Source of the DNA: an uncultured Solirubrobacterales bacterium | GTDB taxonomy: Bacteria > Actinomycetota > Thermoleophilia > Solirubrobacterales > Solirubrobacteraceae | Direction: 5' to 3' | Assembly (NCBI GenBank): GCA_963836065.1 | Contig: CAWIII010000039.1 | Location: 20,968-84,967 of the forward strand | Length of the DNA stretch: 64,000 bases | Shown: positions 20,146-29,733 of the stretch, one piece after another | Layout of the letters: each line of letters opens with the position of its first letter | Numbering within the stretch: the stretch's first letter is position 1 | Made by a program: the position numbers and the translations under genes | Notes under the pieces: generated by a model | What the model was told of the DNA's origin: nothing | The model's input: only the letters and a program-made list of their open reading frames with translations | Database searches by the model: none

Positions 20146-20694
20146 TCAACTTCCTGGCAGGGTGGCGTCGATCGTCACCTCGACCTCGTCGGCCACCTTG
20201 AGCGTCCCGAACAACGCCGAGTACGGCTTGATTCCCCAAGCGGTCTGCTTGACGGTGGCGCTCCCGAGCAGATGGCCGTCCTCACCGATCATCAGTTCGA
20301 AGGTGATTGGGCTGGCCCGTCCCGCCAGATCTAGCTCTCCGTGCACGTGCAAGCGATCGCCGTCCCCGTTGGCCTCGACGGCGTGCGAGCGAAATTCGAT
20401 CACCGGGTGGCGGAGCACCTCCTCCTCGATCGTCTGCCGGATGCCGTCTTTGTCGTCTTCACCGAGCGCCTGGATGCCGCCTGTGCCCTCCCGAACCCGA
20501 AGGGATCTGGCGTCGGCCGTGAGCGTAATCCGGCTCTGCCCCGGATCCTCCCCGACATCCAGCGTCGCGTCCCACGACGTCACCTCGATCGTGAGGTCGT
20601 GGCCGGCTTTGGCTGCCACACCTCCCCTTTTGGTCTTCACCCGCAGCGTTCCGCTGTCCGGGCCGAGAGCATGGGTACCGGGCGTGATTGACAT
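20146..20694 (-). CDS. YceI family protein
   Basis: GHDL, A.SLRV, HPVIEFRS, G.L.L.G, QTAWGIKPYS. Confidence 0.85.
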   Translation of the reverse strand: MSITPGTHALGPDSGTLRVKTKRGGVAAKAGHDLTIEVTSWDATLDVGEDPGQSRITLTADARSLRVREGTGGIQALGEDDKDGIRQTIEEEVLRHPVIEFRSHAVEANGDGDRLHVHGELDLAGRASPITFELMIGEDGHLLGSATVKQTAWGIKPYSALFGTLKVADEVEVTIDATLPGS

Positions 20695-20756
20695 AGACGA
20701 ATCCCTCTGTCCTCTAGATGGCTATTCAACAGAAACCTACGTAACGAGACGCAAGC

Positions 20757-20885
20757 ATGGTTGAGCTCGACCATCCATTCTCGACCGCAAGGCCGATCGA
20801 CGAGGCCTGGCAGGCGATCCTGGACCTCGAGCGCCTGGTCCCGTGCGTGGAGGGAGGATCGGTGATCGAGAAAACCGGCCCGGAG
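20757..20885 (+). pseudogene. coxG: CoxG/SRPBCC N-terminal fragment
   Basis: MVELDHPFSTARPIDEAWQAILDLERLVPCVEG. Confidence 0.65.
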
Positions 20886-20887
20886 AC

Positions 20888-21505
20888 AAGGTTCCCGTCT
20901 ACCCGGGCTACATGTGCGCGATCGTGGGCTCGATTGTGACCGGCAAACCGGTGAAGTAGATGGAGGACCGCTCGGAGAACATGATGTCGACCGGGTTTGC
21001 GCGCGACTGCGTGATGCGCGGCGCCGTCGCTGCTACGAGCACAGGAAAGATCCTGGGCGTCCGCGTCGACGTGCTGGCCGACCATGGCGCGCTCAACGCC
21101 ACCGCCCAACCGACCAATTACCCGGCCGGATTCTTTCACGTGTTCACCGGCTCCTACGATCTGGAGGCTGCTCACTGTCACGTTCGCGGGGTGTACACGA
21201 ACAAGGCGCCGGGCGGAGTCGCGTACGCGTGCTCGTTCCGCGTCGCCGAGGGCGTCTACCTGGTAGAGCGGATGGTCGACTGTCTGGCCCGCGAGCTTGA
21301 AATCGATCCAGCCGAGCTGCGCCTGAAGAACCTGATTGCCGCCGAGCAGCTTCCGTATCACTGCAAGACCGGGCAAAGCCCAGCTCGGGACCAGCGTCCA
21401 GACGCAGGGCCAGGGCCAGGGCCACGAGACGACGTTTGCACAGCGCGTGTCGTCGCCTCGGCGATGCTCGAGGTCGCGCCCGAGGACCTCCCTTGGGAGA
21501 AGGGG
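20888..21505 (+). pseudogene. coxL: Form I CoxL central fragment
   Basis: KVPVYPGY...KPVK*MEDR (TAG 20957-20959), active-site AYACSFR at 21221-21241, QGQGHET remnant. Confidence 0.88.
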
Positions 21506-21519
21506 CCGCCGGCTCGGGT

Positions 21520-21720
21520 CGCTGGAGCGCGGCCATCCTCTGGCGTTCGCGCGCAGCACTTTCGGCGACCTGGCGGCTTTACACGGTGACAAGGGAGTCT
21601 GGAAGCTGCTCGACCGCCACGCGGGCGAAGTCGTGGACGTTCCGGTACCCGCGCTGATCCCGCGTGATGTCGACACCTGGGAGGACTACGAGGCCGTGCT
21701 CGCCGCTCAGCGTTCAGCCG
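21520..21720 (+). pseudogene. MocA-like molybdenum cofactor nucleotidyltransferase C-terminal fragment
   Basis: RGHPLAF...LHGDKG..KLL...DVDTWEDY. Confidence 0.65.
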
Positions 21721-22100
21721 CGATCGATCATCACCGACGTCGCCTTGACGATCGCGGTCGCGCCCACGCCCGGGGCTAGCCCAAGTTCTTCGATCGAGTC
21801 GCGGGTGATCGCGGCGGTAAGCAGGAAGGGCCCTGCCTCGAGCTCGACGAGCGCCATCACCCCGTCTGACTCCACCGAGCGCACGACGCCGGGAAAGCGG
21901 TTGCGTGCCGAGCCCCTGGCTCCGGTCCGATGCCGTTCGGGTCGCTCGCTGAGCCGGCGAACCTCTGACGCCGGAACCAGGCGGCGGTTGCGCGCGTCTC
22001 GGTTGGTTCGGATCCGGCCCGTGCGATCCCAGCGCCTGAGCGTGTCGACGCTCACGCCAAGCGCTTTGGCCGCCGCACCGAGCGTAAGGTCCGCGGGCAT
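21714..22100 (-). CDS. HTH plus TOBE molybdate-responsive regulator
   Basis: AAKALGVSVDTLRRW; SARNRFPG...AIVKATSV. Confidence 0.88.
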   Translation of the reverse strand: MPADLTLGAAAKALGVSVDTLRRWDRTGRIRTNRDARNRRLVPASEVRRLSERPERHRTGARGSARNRFPGVVRSVESDGVMALVELEAGPFLLTAAITRDSIEELGLAPGVGATAIVKATSVMIDRG

Positions 22101-22216
22101 TTGCGGGCAGACAGTACACGCCTCGACGCGAGCAGCTAGACACCGGACACGATCACCCCGACGACGTCTAGACGCGGCATCGGGCAATCATGGCGCCGGC
22201 CGCACCGGATTGGACG

Positions 22217-22396
22217 CTAGAGGAAGTCGTTGCCCGTTAGTACGTATAGGAACGGCACGAACGGGACGATTGCGGCGATCCCCCAGGCGAACTTGGCTAG
22301 CAGTCCGATATCGCTGCGCATCGCCAGGTTGATCCAGATCAGCACCACGGCGATCGGGTGCAGGATGCACAGCAGAAGCTCGATGACCTTCTTCAT
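22217..22396 (-). CDS. 59-aa two-TM membrane protein
   Basis: MKKVIELLLCILHPIAVVLIWINL...KFAWGIAAIVPFVPFLYVL; ORF track fuses it to the kinase remnant. Confidence 0.6.
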   Translation of the reverse strand: MKKVIELLLCILHPIAVVLIWINLAMRSDIGLLAKFAWGIAAIVPFVPFLYVLTGNDFL

Positions 22397-22399
22397 CAC

Positions 22400-23540
22400 C
22401 CCCCACATTATGCCAAGTGCCGAGTTATGCCGAGCCGCGGCCCCGCGGCCCGTGACCTCGAGCGCGACCGTGCTGCCCCCGCCGGGGACGCTCTCAAACG
22501 CGATCTCGCCACCAATCAGCTCGGCCAGCGAGTGCGAGATATACAACCCCGGATCGAACAGGTCGTTGATCAGAGCCAGCTGACGCTTACCGGCGTTTTG
22601 CACCGTGCGGAGCTGCGTCCTTTGCTCGTCGGTCACCGGGCCGGGTAGGCCCATCAGCAACGTGCCCGTGAAGCCGAGAATCGCGTTCACCGGCGTGCGC
22701 AGCTCGCGACCCATGGTGGAGAGGAAGCGATCCTTCGCGCGGTTGGCCCGGTCGAGCTGGATGTTGGCCTCCCGAAGAGTCTGGTCGGATCGCTTGAGGT
22801 CGGTGAGGTCGGAGTTCAGCTCGATGATCGAGGTCGGCCGCCCGCTGGCGTCGCGCCGCACCGCTTGGCGGCTGGAAACCGCGATCACCCACCATCCTGA
22901 CGGGTATGCAGCCGAACACCCTCCCAGTGTCCGTCCTGCGCCAACGCCTGATTGAGGACCTCTCGGGACTCCGGGAACACCGTCGCCAGCAGATCATGCG
23001 TAACCTGGACAGTGGCCTCATCACCGGTGTAGCCATATACGGCTTCGGCTTCGCGGTTCCAGAACGTGATCCGGTTCTCGACCGCCTCACGCACGACCAC
23101 AGCGTCATGCGCAGCTCCTCCCGGGCTTAGCCCGTAAGCGTGCAGTAGCCGTCGCTGACCACGACGTACCGACCCGACTCGCGATCGTTCACCGCGATCG
23201 CGTCGGACGAATCGTTCAACAGCGGACGAAGCTCGCAGCGATGTCGCTAGAGATCAACAAGAAACCGTCGGGCCCGTTGCTCGCGTCCCGGCGCAACGTC
23301 ATCGTCTCACGCGCCGTCAACCGCCGCCGTCCTTACAACGGCGCTCAACCACGCTTTCCCACAAGCCGTCGCGAAGGACCTGCTCGAGCATCCGCCGTGG
23401 CAGCCCGGCGCGGACGTCGGCCTCGGTGTGCAACACCGTGTGAGACTCGCCGACGATCTCGGCGCGCTCGTACCCATACAGCCGGCGCGCCCCCTCATTC
23501 CACAAGATGATCCGGCCACCGGAGTCAAGCGCGACCATCG
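22400..23540 (-). pseudogene. PAS-PAS histidine kinase remnant
   Basis: WNEGARRLYGY and WNREAEAVYGY PAS motifs; AKDRFLSTMGRELRTP (H-box His lost); ATPase mostly deleted; frameshifts. Confidence 0.75.
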
Positions 23541-23769
23541 AATACCGCCGGGTTGCCAGCCGTTATCCCGCGCGATTGCTCTGCGCTGTCGCGCTCCCGG
23601 GCCGCCGCGTCTCGGACTCCTCGCGTTCACGCGCGCCGTCAACCAAACGCGGTCTTCGCATGACATGCATGTTGTCACGTGCGTTGGCGCGCGGCCAATC
23701 GCAGGTCCGCTGCCGATGGCTGCCCTGGGTTGCGCCGTCAACCGCTTGCTGGAGACAATACGTGCCGTT

Positions 23770-24771
23770 GTGCAGCCAGCAAAGCCGCAAACCGTCCTGA
23801 CCCCTCCTACGGAGACGGCGATCTTCCTTGTGCTGACGGTGGGTTCCGGTTCAGAGGAGGAGATCCGCGAGTTGCTCGCGGACGTTGGCGGGCTGAGGCG
23901 ATCAGTCGGGTTTCGGATCCCCGATGGGGAGCTGAGCTGTGTGGTTGGCCTCGGCTCCCAACTGTGGGAGCGCCTGTTCGGGGGGGCACGTCCAGCCGAA
24001 CTGCATCCGTTGGCGGAAATCGTGGGCGCAAGGCACACCGCGGTCGCGACACCTGGCGACCTGCTGTTCCACATCCGCGCGAATCGCCTCGACTTGTGCT
24101 TCGAGCTCGCCGAGCGACTGATGAATCGGCTCGTCGGGCACGCGCGAGTCGTCGATGAGGTTCACGGATTCAAGTATTTCGACGAACGCGACCTGCTCGG
24201 ATTCGTCGACGGCACCGAGAATCCGGAGGGCGCGGACGCGCGGGCCGCGGTCGCGATTGGTGAAGAGGATTCCGAATTCGCCGGCGGCAGCTATGTCGTA
24301 GTTCAGAAATACCTCCATGACCTGGAGGCGTGGGATGCGCTGCCGGTCGAGCAACAGGAGCGAGCTATCGGCCGGGAGAAGCTCAGCGATATCGAATTGC
24401 CGGACGAGGTCAAACCAGCCAACTCGCACGTCTCGCTGACCACGATCGTCGATGACAGCGGCGAGGAGCACGAGATTGTGCGCTTCAACATGCCGTTCGG
24501 CAGGGTCGGCGCCCGCGAGTTCGGTACCTACTTCATCGGCTACGCCCGTAGCCCGGAGGTGATCGAGCAGATGCTGAGCAATATGTTCATCGGCAAACCG
24601 CCGGGCAATTACGATCGGATCCTCGACTTCTCAACGGCCGTGACCGGGAACCTGTTTTTCGTGCCGACCGCCGACTTTCTCGATGACCCACCGTCCCCGC
24701 CGCCTTCGGGGGCGTCCTCAGTCGCGAGCCCTCGCGGGGACGGCTCGCTCGGGATTGGCGGCCTCAAGTGA
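23770..24771 (+). CDS. Dyp-type peroxidase (DypB-like) with encapsulin cargo-loading tail
   Basis: GFVDGTEN, SH, RFNMPFG; C-terminus DGSLGIGGLK after a Pro/Ser linker. Confidence 0.93.
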   Translation: MQPAKPQTVLTPPTETAIFLVLTVGSGSEEEIRELLADVGGLRRSVGFRIPDGELSCVVGLGSQLWERLFGGARPAELHPLAEIVGARHTAVATPGDLLFHIRANRLDLCFELAERLMNRLVGHARVVDEVHGFKYFDERDLLGFVDGTENPEGADARAAVAIGEEDSEFAGGSYVVVQKYLHDLEAWDALPVEQQERAIGREKLSDIELPDEVKPANSHVSLTTIVDDSGEEHEIVRFNMPFGRVGAREFGTYFIGYARSPEVIEQMLSNMFIGKPPGNYDRILDFSTAVTGNLFFVPTADFLDDPPSPPPSGASSVASPRGDGSLGIGGLK

Positions 24772-24811
24772 AAGCGGCGATGCCCCTCCTGGGGCGCGCT
24801 CGGCCGGTCCG

Positions 24812-25051
24812 CTAGTCCGTCGGATCCTCCCCGGGACGTTCCCCGAGCTCGCTCCCCTGGGTGGGGTCCTCGTACGGCTCCTCACCGACTTCGCGCGCTT
24901 CCGTTGGATCCTCCCCGGGTGATTCTCCGACCTCGCGCCCTTCGGTGGGGTCGTCGTAGGGGTCAGATCCGGACCCACGTCCCTGGGTCGGGTCCTCGTC
25001 AGGGCGCTCGCCGATCTCCTTGCCCTGCGTGGGATCTTCACTGCCTGTCAT
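24812..25051 (-). CDS. 79-aa acidic protein built of 14-aa tandem repeats
   Basis: GAGGAG RBS; units EDPTQGKEIGERPD, EDPTQGRGSGSDPY, DDPTEGREVGESPG, EDPTEAREVGEEPY, EDPTQGSELGERPG, EDPTD. Confidence 0.72.
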   Translation of the reverse strand: MTGSEDPTQGKEIGERPDEDPTQGRGSGSDPYDDPTEGREVGESPGEDPTEAREVGEEPYEDPTQGSELGERPGEDPTD

Positions 25052-25176
25052 GTGGGCTCCTCTCGGGCGCTCAATGCTGCTTCGCGCGACGTTTCTCGGC
25101 TGCGAGCACCCATCGACTTGTTCGGGGTTTACCACCGAACCGCGGCATTGGCAACACTCCGGGGCGGTGTGCGAAG

Positions 25177-25752
25177 CTAAGGACGCCTGCGCGGATCCCG
25201 CAACCGGCCTTGCTGAGGCGGTGCCCCCTGCGAGCTCTCGAGCCCGGCAAGTAGGCGGCGAAGGATTCCCTCGAGGGCCGCTATTTCCAGGCCGGTCAGT
25301 GGCTCCAGCAGTTGGCGCTCGTTGCCCAGGTGCACCGCCGCGATCCGATCGACGAGCTCGAGCCCTTGTTTTGTAAGGCGTACGAGCAGTCCTCGGCCGT
25401 CTACGGGGTGGGGAAATCGCTCGATCAGCCCTTCCCGTTCGAGGCGTTTGAGCCGATTGGTCATCGTGCCCGAGGTTCGCATGAGGCCGCGGTAGAGCTC
25501 GGTCGGAGAGCGCTCGTACGGCGGTCCTGCGCGACGCAGGCTCGCGAGCACATCCCAGGAGCTGCGAGCGAGGCCGTAGCGCTCCATCAGGGCATCGGTC
25601 GACTGATCGAAATACGCGGCCGTGCGGCCGACCCGGGCCACGATCCCGAGCGGGGTCGTGTCCAGGTCCGGGCGGACCCGTTGCCACTGTGCGCGGACGT
25701 TGTCCACGTGGTCAGTCGGAGGCGGATCGTTCGTGTCGGGGGATATCTTCAC
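25177..25752 (-). CDS. MarR regulator, TamR/PecS/HucR (UrtR)-like
   Basis: DHVD...QW..VRPDLD N-terminal helix, DVLASLRRAG, SGTMTNRLKRLE, DGRG. Confidence 0.88.
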   Translation of the reverse strand: MKISPDTNDPPPTDHVDNVRAQWQRVRPDLDTTPLGIVARVGRTAAYFDQSTDALMERYGLARSSWDVLASLRRAGPPYERSPTELYRGLMRTSGTMTNRLKRLEREGLIERFPHPVDGRGLLVRLTKQGLELVDRIAAVHLGNERQLLEPLTGLEIAALEGILRRLLAGLESSQGAPPQQGRLRDPRRRP

Positions 25753-25790
25753 ATCAAGCTACTTTGGTAAGATGTCTTAGGTTCAAGATA
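25744..25790. promoter_or_regulatory. Two 18-bp pseudo-palindromes, probable MarR operators
   Basis: TATCTTcacatcAAGCTA (25744-25761) and TGTCTTaggttcAAGATA (25773-25790) between divergent genes. Confidence 0.6.
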
Positions 25791-25897
25791 CCTCTTGGGA
25801 GGACGACGATGCTCGCTCAGTACATCCGGGACACGGTTCCGCAGGCACAGCGCGCCGATTACACGTCTTCGCCGGCGCGGGCGACCACGGTAAGCAA

Positions 25898-27748
25898 ATG
25901 AGCACGCCATCCGATTCGGGACGGTCTCCCCACCGGTGGGCCACGAACGCCAGAGGACTGGAGCATGTGCTCGCGGCCGCCCAGGAACTCGCTAGGGACG
26001 CCCGCCGTCTGCCAGGCACGTCCACGGAGCGCTACGTCGTGGCCGCGGCGCGCCTGGAGGACTCTGTCATTGCTCCGCTGCGCGCGGCCGGGGCGGGCTC
26101 GCCCTCGGGTAACGCGCCCGGCTCAACCGCCGCTTGGGGCTCGAGGACCGGCACCGCCACGGACTGGGAGCAAGCACTGTGGACGCTGGCACGGGAAGCC
26201 ACCGTCCTGCGCGTCGAGGTTGACGGGCCCGACGAGCTCCTCGAGGCAACAGCAGCGCTACAGGACCTAGCCGTTTGCCGGCAGCTGCCAGACCAGCAGA
26301 CGGCCGGTCACCGCCTCGCTGAGCTGGCCGACCTCCAAGCGGATCTCGGGACCACGATCCGTCCTGAGAAGAACGGCCCTTACCTGGTCACCAACCCGGG
26401 CCGGCTCGAGGACTGGCTCGGGACTCCCGTCCAGACCACCGCCCAGATGGCGCTCTGCCGCTGCGGTCAATCGAAGACCAAGCCGCTTTGCGACGGAACC
26501 CATTGGCGCACTGACTTCTCGGATGAGAAAGACCCGGCGCGGGTCGCCGACCGTCGCGACACCTACGTTGGGCAACAAGTCACGGTCCTCGATAACAGAG
26601 GCGTCTGTCAGCACTCAGGGTTCTGCACCGATCGTCTCGCCACCGTCTTTCACCTCGGCGAGGAGCCATTCGTCACGCCCAGCGGCGGACGCATGGACGA
26701 GATCATCCGTGCGGTACGCGACTGCCCGTCTGCAGCCCTCAGCTTCGCGATCGACGGTATTGAGGCGCGCGAGGAGGTTGACTACCACTCTCAACGCGAG
26801 GCGACGATTCAGATCACCAAGGACGGGCCCTACCGGATCACTGGAGGCGTTCCGCTCGTCGACAGCGACGGCTCGGAGGTCAGCCGCAACCAAGGAGCCT
26901 CAACCGAGCATTATGCGCTCTGCCGGTGCGGTCACTCGCAGAACAAGCCCTTCTGCAGCGGCACGCACTGGTACGTCAAGTTTCGCGATCCGATTCCGGA
27001 TCCCGCGCGGACACCGACGATGTTCGAATGGTGCGGGGGGCTGCCGGCGCTGACGCGGATGACCCGCATCTTCTATGAGAAGTACGTACCGCAGGATCCG
27101 ATGCTGGCGCCGCTGTTCGCGAACATGTCCGCCGATCACCCCCAGCGCGTCGCGAAGTGGCTGGGCGAGGTTTTCGGCGGACCGCAGTGCTACAGCGAGG
27201 AATACGGCGGCTACCCGCGCATGCTCGCCCAGCACCTCGGCAAGGGCCTGACTGAAGAGTGGCGCGCGCGATGGGTCGCCCTCCTGCTGAAATCTGCGAG
27301 CGAGGCGGGACTTCCCAACGACGCCGAGTTCCGGTCCGCTTTTCAGGCCTACATCGAATGGGGATCTCGCCTCGCAGTTGAGAACTCCCAATCAGGCGCC
27401 AAACCTCCCGAGCACATGCCAATGCCTCACTGGGACTGGAGCACCGGGGCCGGACCTCCAGGCAGCAGGGCCTCCGCAATCGCGTCCGAGACGCCCGAGG
27501 AGCCGGTGATCCTCCCGGCCGCCGATGAACCCGTGCGCTTCGAGAAGCACGTCCGGCAACTGTTCCGCCAGCGCGACCGACAATCGATGAGGTTCGCCTT
27601 TGACTTGTGGTCGCACGAAGACGTACAACAGCATGCGCAAGACATCCTCGAGCGTGTGCGCAACGGCTCGATGCCTTGCGACGGCGCCTGGCCACAGGAA
27701 TGGGTGGGCACCTTCTCACGCTGGATCGAGGCCGGAATGCCCGCATAA
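25898..27748 (+). CDS. Multidomain CDGSH - Fer4_19-like - CDGSH - truncated globin protein
   Basis: CRCGQSKTKPLCDGTH; CQHSGFC...CPSAAL; CRCGHSQNKPFCSGTH; globin FEWCGG...FY...HPQRVAKWLGEVFGGP. Confidence 0.85.
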   Translation: MSTPSDSGRSPHRWATNARGLEHVLAAAQELARDARRLPGTSTERYVVAAARLEDSVIAPLRAAGAGSPSGNAPGSTAAWGSRTGTATDWEQALWTLAREATVLRVEVDGPDELLEATAALQDLAVCRQLPDQQTAGHRLAELADLQADLGTTIRPEKNGPYLVTNPGRLEDWLGTPVQTTAQMALCRCGQSKTKPLCDGTHWRTDFSDEKDPARVADRRDTYVGQQVTVLDNRGVCQHSGFCTDRLATVFHLGEEPFVTPSGGRMDEIIRAVRDCPSAALSFAIDGIEAREEVDYHSQREATIQITKDGPYRITGGVPLVDSDGSEVSRNQGASTEHYALCRCGHSQNKPFCSGTHWYVKFRDPIPDPARTPTMFEWCGGLPALTRMTRIFYEKYVPQDPMLAPLFANMSADHPQRVAKWLGEVFGGPQCYSEEYGGYPRMLAQHLGKGLTEEWRARWVALLLKSASEAGLPNDAEFRSAFQAYIEWGSRLAVENSQSGAKPPEHMPMPHWDWSTGAGPPGSRASAIASETPEEPVILPAADEPVRFEKHVRQLFRQRDRQSMRFAFDLWSHEDVQQHAQDILERVRNGSMPCDGAWPQEWVGTFSRWIEAGMPA

Positions 27749-27815
27749 CGCCGAGTAGCACCTGTGTGGCCGCAGCCATGTGTGGAGCTTGCGCCTGCGT
27801 GGAAGAACCGCTCAC

Positions 27816-28839
27816 GTGCCCCTGACGGCGACCTCGCCCGATCCCCATGTCCTGGTGCTCTTCGGCGCTCGTGGCGATCTCGCACGGCGCAAGCTACTGC
27901 CGGGATTGTTCCGCCTGGCAGGCGCGGGTCTGATCGCGAACGGGTTCCGGATCATCGGCTCGGGTCGCCACGAGCCCCGCGGCGACTTCGCCGATGAGGT
28001 TCGTCAAGCGCTCGAGGAGCACTTCGGTGGGGATCTCGACCTCGAGGAGTGGGAGGCGTTCGCCGGCAGCTTGTCATTCGTGACCTCGAGCGCCGACGAC
28101 GGCGCCGACCTGTCGCGGACGATCCAGGAGGCGCGCGAGGATCTCGGGGCCGATTCCCGGACGGTGCGGTACATGTCGGTTCCGCCGTCGGCGATGCAGC
28201 CGATGGTCGTATGGCCAGTTCGACGGTTACCAGGAGGAGCATGGCGTGCCGCACGGTTCGCGCGCCGAGACGTTCGCCGCGGTACGAGTTGAAATCGACA
28301 ACGACCGCTGGCGCGGGATCCCTTTCCTGCTGCGGACCGGCAAGGCGATGGCCTCGGACCGCCGCCTAGTCACAGTGGTACTCCGTGGGCCGGGCCAGAT
28401 CCTGTTGCCTAGCAACGGGGACGGTGGCCGGCCCGACGAACTGGTGTTGGAACTCACCGATAACCCACGGATCTCCGTGGAGCTACTCGTGAAGCAACCG
28501 GGCCCGGCGTTGATCGCAACGCGCGCCGCGATGCAGCTCGACGTCGAGCAGGCACTACGCGCGGAGGGAATCGAGGCCTACGAACGCCTGCTGCTGGATG
28601 TCATGCATGGTGACCATCTGCTGTTCACGCGCGCCGACGAGGTCGAGCTGCTGTGGGAGCGGGCCGCACCGCTGCTCGACGCTCCGCCTGACGCCCTGCC
28701 CTACGAGCGCGGAAGCTGGGCCCGGAGGCTGCTGACAAGCTCGCCGCCCCTCACGGGTGGCGGCTCGGCGAGCGCGGCTGATGGGCGGCCCGACCCTGTC
28801 CAACCCCTGCGGACGCGTGCCGAGTCAACGTCCGGCTAG
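27816..28839 (+). pseudogene. zwf: Glucose-6-phosphate dehydrogenase with large internal deletion
   Basis: [18 protein letters not shown]-terminus; ETFAA...RWRGIPFLLRTGK and AYERLLLD in another frame; RIDHYLGK region missing. Confidence 0.85.
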
Positions 28840-28929
28840 ACTAGGGAAGCCGTTCCACCGCTCAGTGTCTCGCTCTCGCATTGGTCCTGTGGCCCAATCT
28901 TCGTAGGGAGCTAAGAGGAGCGTAGGTCA

Positions 28930-29106
28930 ATGACGAAGCAGATGAACGAACCCGGACCGGGTCGATCGACGTCGGACGCGGCTTTCACCGAGCTCAGGAA
29001 GGAAATTGCGCAGCGCAACGACCGCACGCAAAAGGAAGCTCGCAAGCTTCGCACCGCGCGCGAGCAGGAGCAGGTGCGGAAACTTCGCCAACAGGACTTG
29101 CGCTAG
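28930..29106 (+). CDS. 58-aa basic helical hypothetical protein (not in ORF track)
   Basis: GAGGAG RBS; MTKQMNEPGPGRSTSDAAFTELRKEIAQRNDRTQKEARKLRTAREQEQVRKLRQQDLR. Confidence 0.55.
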   Translation: MTKQMNEPGPGRSTSDAAFTELRKEIAQRNDRTQKEARKLRTAREQEQVRKLRQQDLR

Positions 29107-29287
29107 CACGATCCCAGTCTGGCCGCGATGAACGAGGTTGCGGTCATGCTCCGGCTGGGAGCGCTAGACTACTTCTAAGGGGTCGAGCGTTCGCTTGACC
29201 GAAAGTAGTGCCCCGCGTTTTCGCAGTTGTTGCCTCGTAGCACCCTCCGCGTTTCGCAGTGCACACAGCCCGGAGGGAACAACCAAC

Positions 29288-29491
29288 ATGGCCACAGGAA
29301 CTGTGAAGTGGTTTAGCGACGACAAGGGCTTCGGATTCATCACCCCTGATGACTCCGGTAAGGACTTGTTCGTGCATCACAGCGCGATCCAGGGCAGCGG
29401 TTTCAAGTCGCTGGCCGAGGGCGCCAAGGTGAGCTACGACGCGGAGCAGGGCCCCAAGGGCCCGGCGGCCGCGAACGTCCAGACGATCTAG
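29288..29491 (+). CDS. cspA: Cold-shock protein
   Basis: MATGTVKWF...KGFGFI...LFVHHSAI...[10 protein letters not shown]. Confidence 0.97.
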   Translation: MATGTVKWFSDDKGFGFITPDDSGKDLFVHHSAIQGSGFKSLAEGAKVSYDAEQGPKGPAAANVQTI

Positions 29492-29509
29492 CCCACTGAC
29501 GCCGACCGG

Positions 29510-29539
29510 CGACGGGGGACCCCCAACGGTCCCCCGTCG
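29510..29539 (+). terminator. GC hairpin after csp gene
   Basis: CGACGGGGGACC-cccaac-GGTCCCCCGTCG perfect 12-bp stem; weak U-tract. Confidence 0.65.
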
Positions 29540-29733
29540 TTCTCGCCCGCATCTGAGACCGAGCCGACAAGGCGGGCTCCCGGGGTCGACGCGTGGCGCG
29601 GATCGCTCCAGGAGGCGCCAGCAGCGCCTGTAGCCATCCGCAGGGTTCGGTCCAGGCGCTCTGCTCCCCGTGTTCACCAGCTGGCTTGCTCGTCATCGAC
29701 GTGCTCGAACTTCACCAACAAGGACGGACAGGC

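Noticed and set aside
22217-22888. 223-aa kinase-membrane fusion in the ORF track
   Set aside because: Chance in-frame read-through from a decayed kinase into a separate small gene
24812-25040. 42-bp periodic repeats as a CRISPR array
   Set aside because: Period is a multiple of three, the units are degenerate and translate to a peptide repeat; no unique spacers and no cas genes
24812-25687. 291-aa ORF
   Set aside because: Upstream part is an alternative frame over marR; the RBS supports a start at 25051
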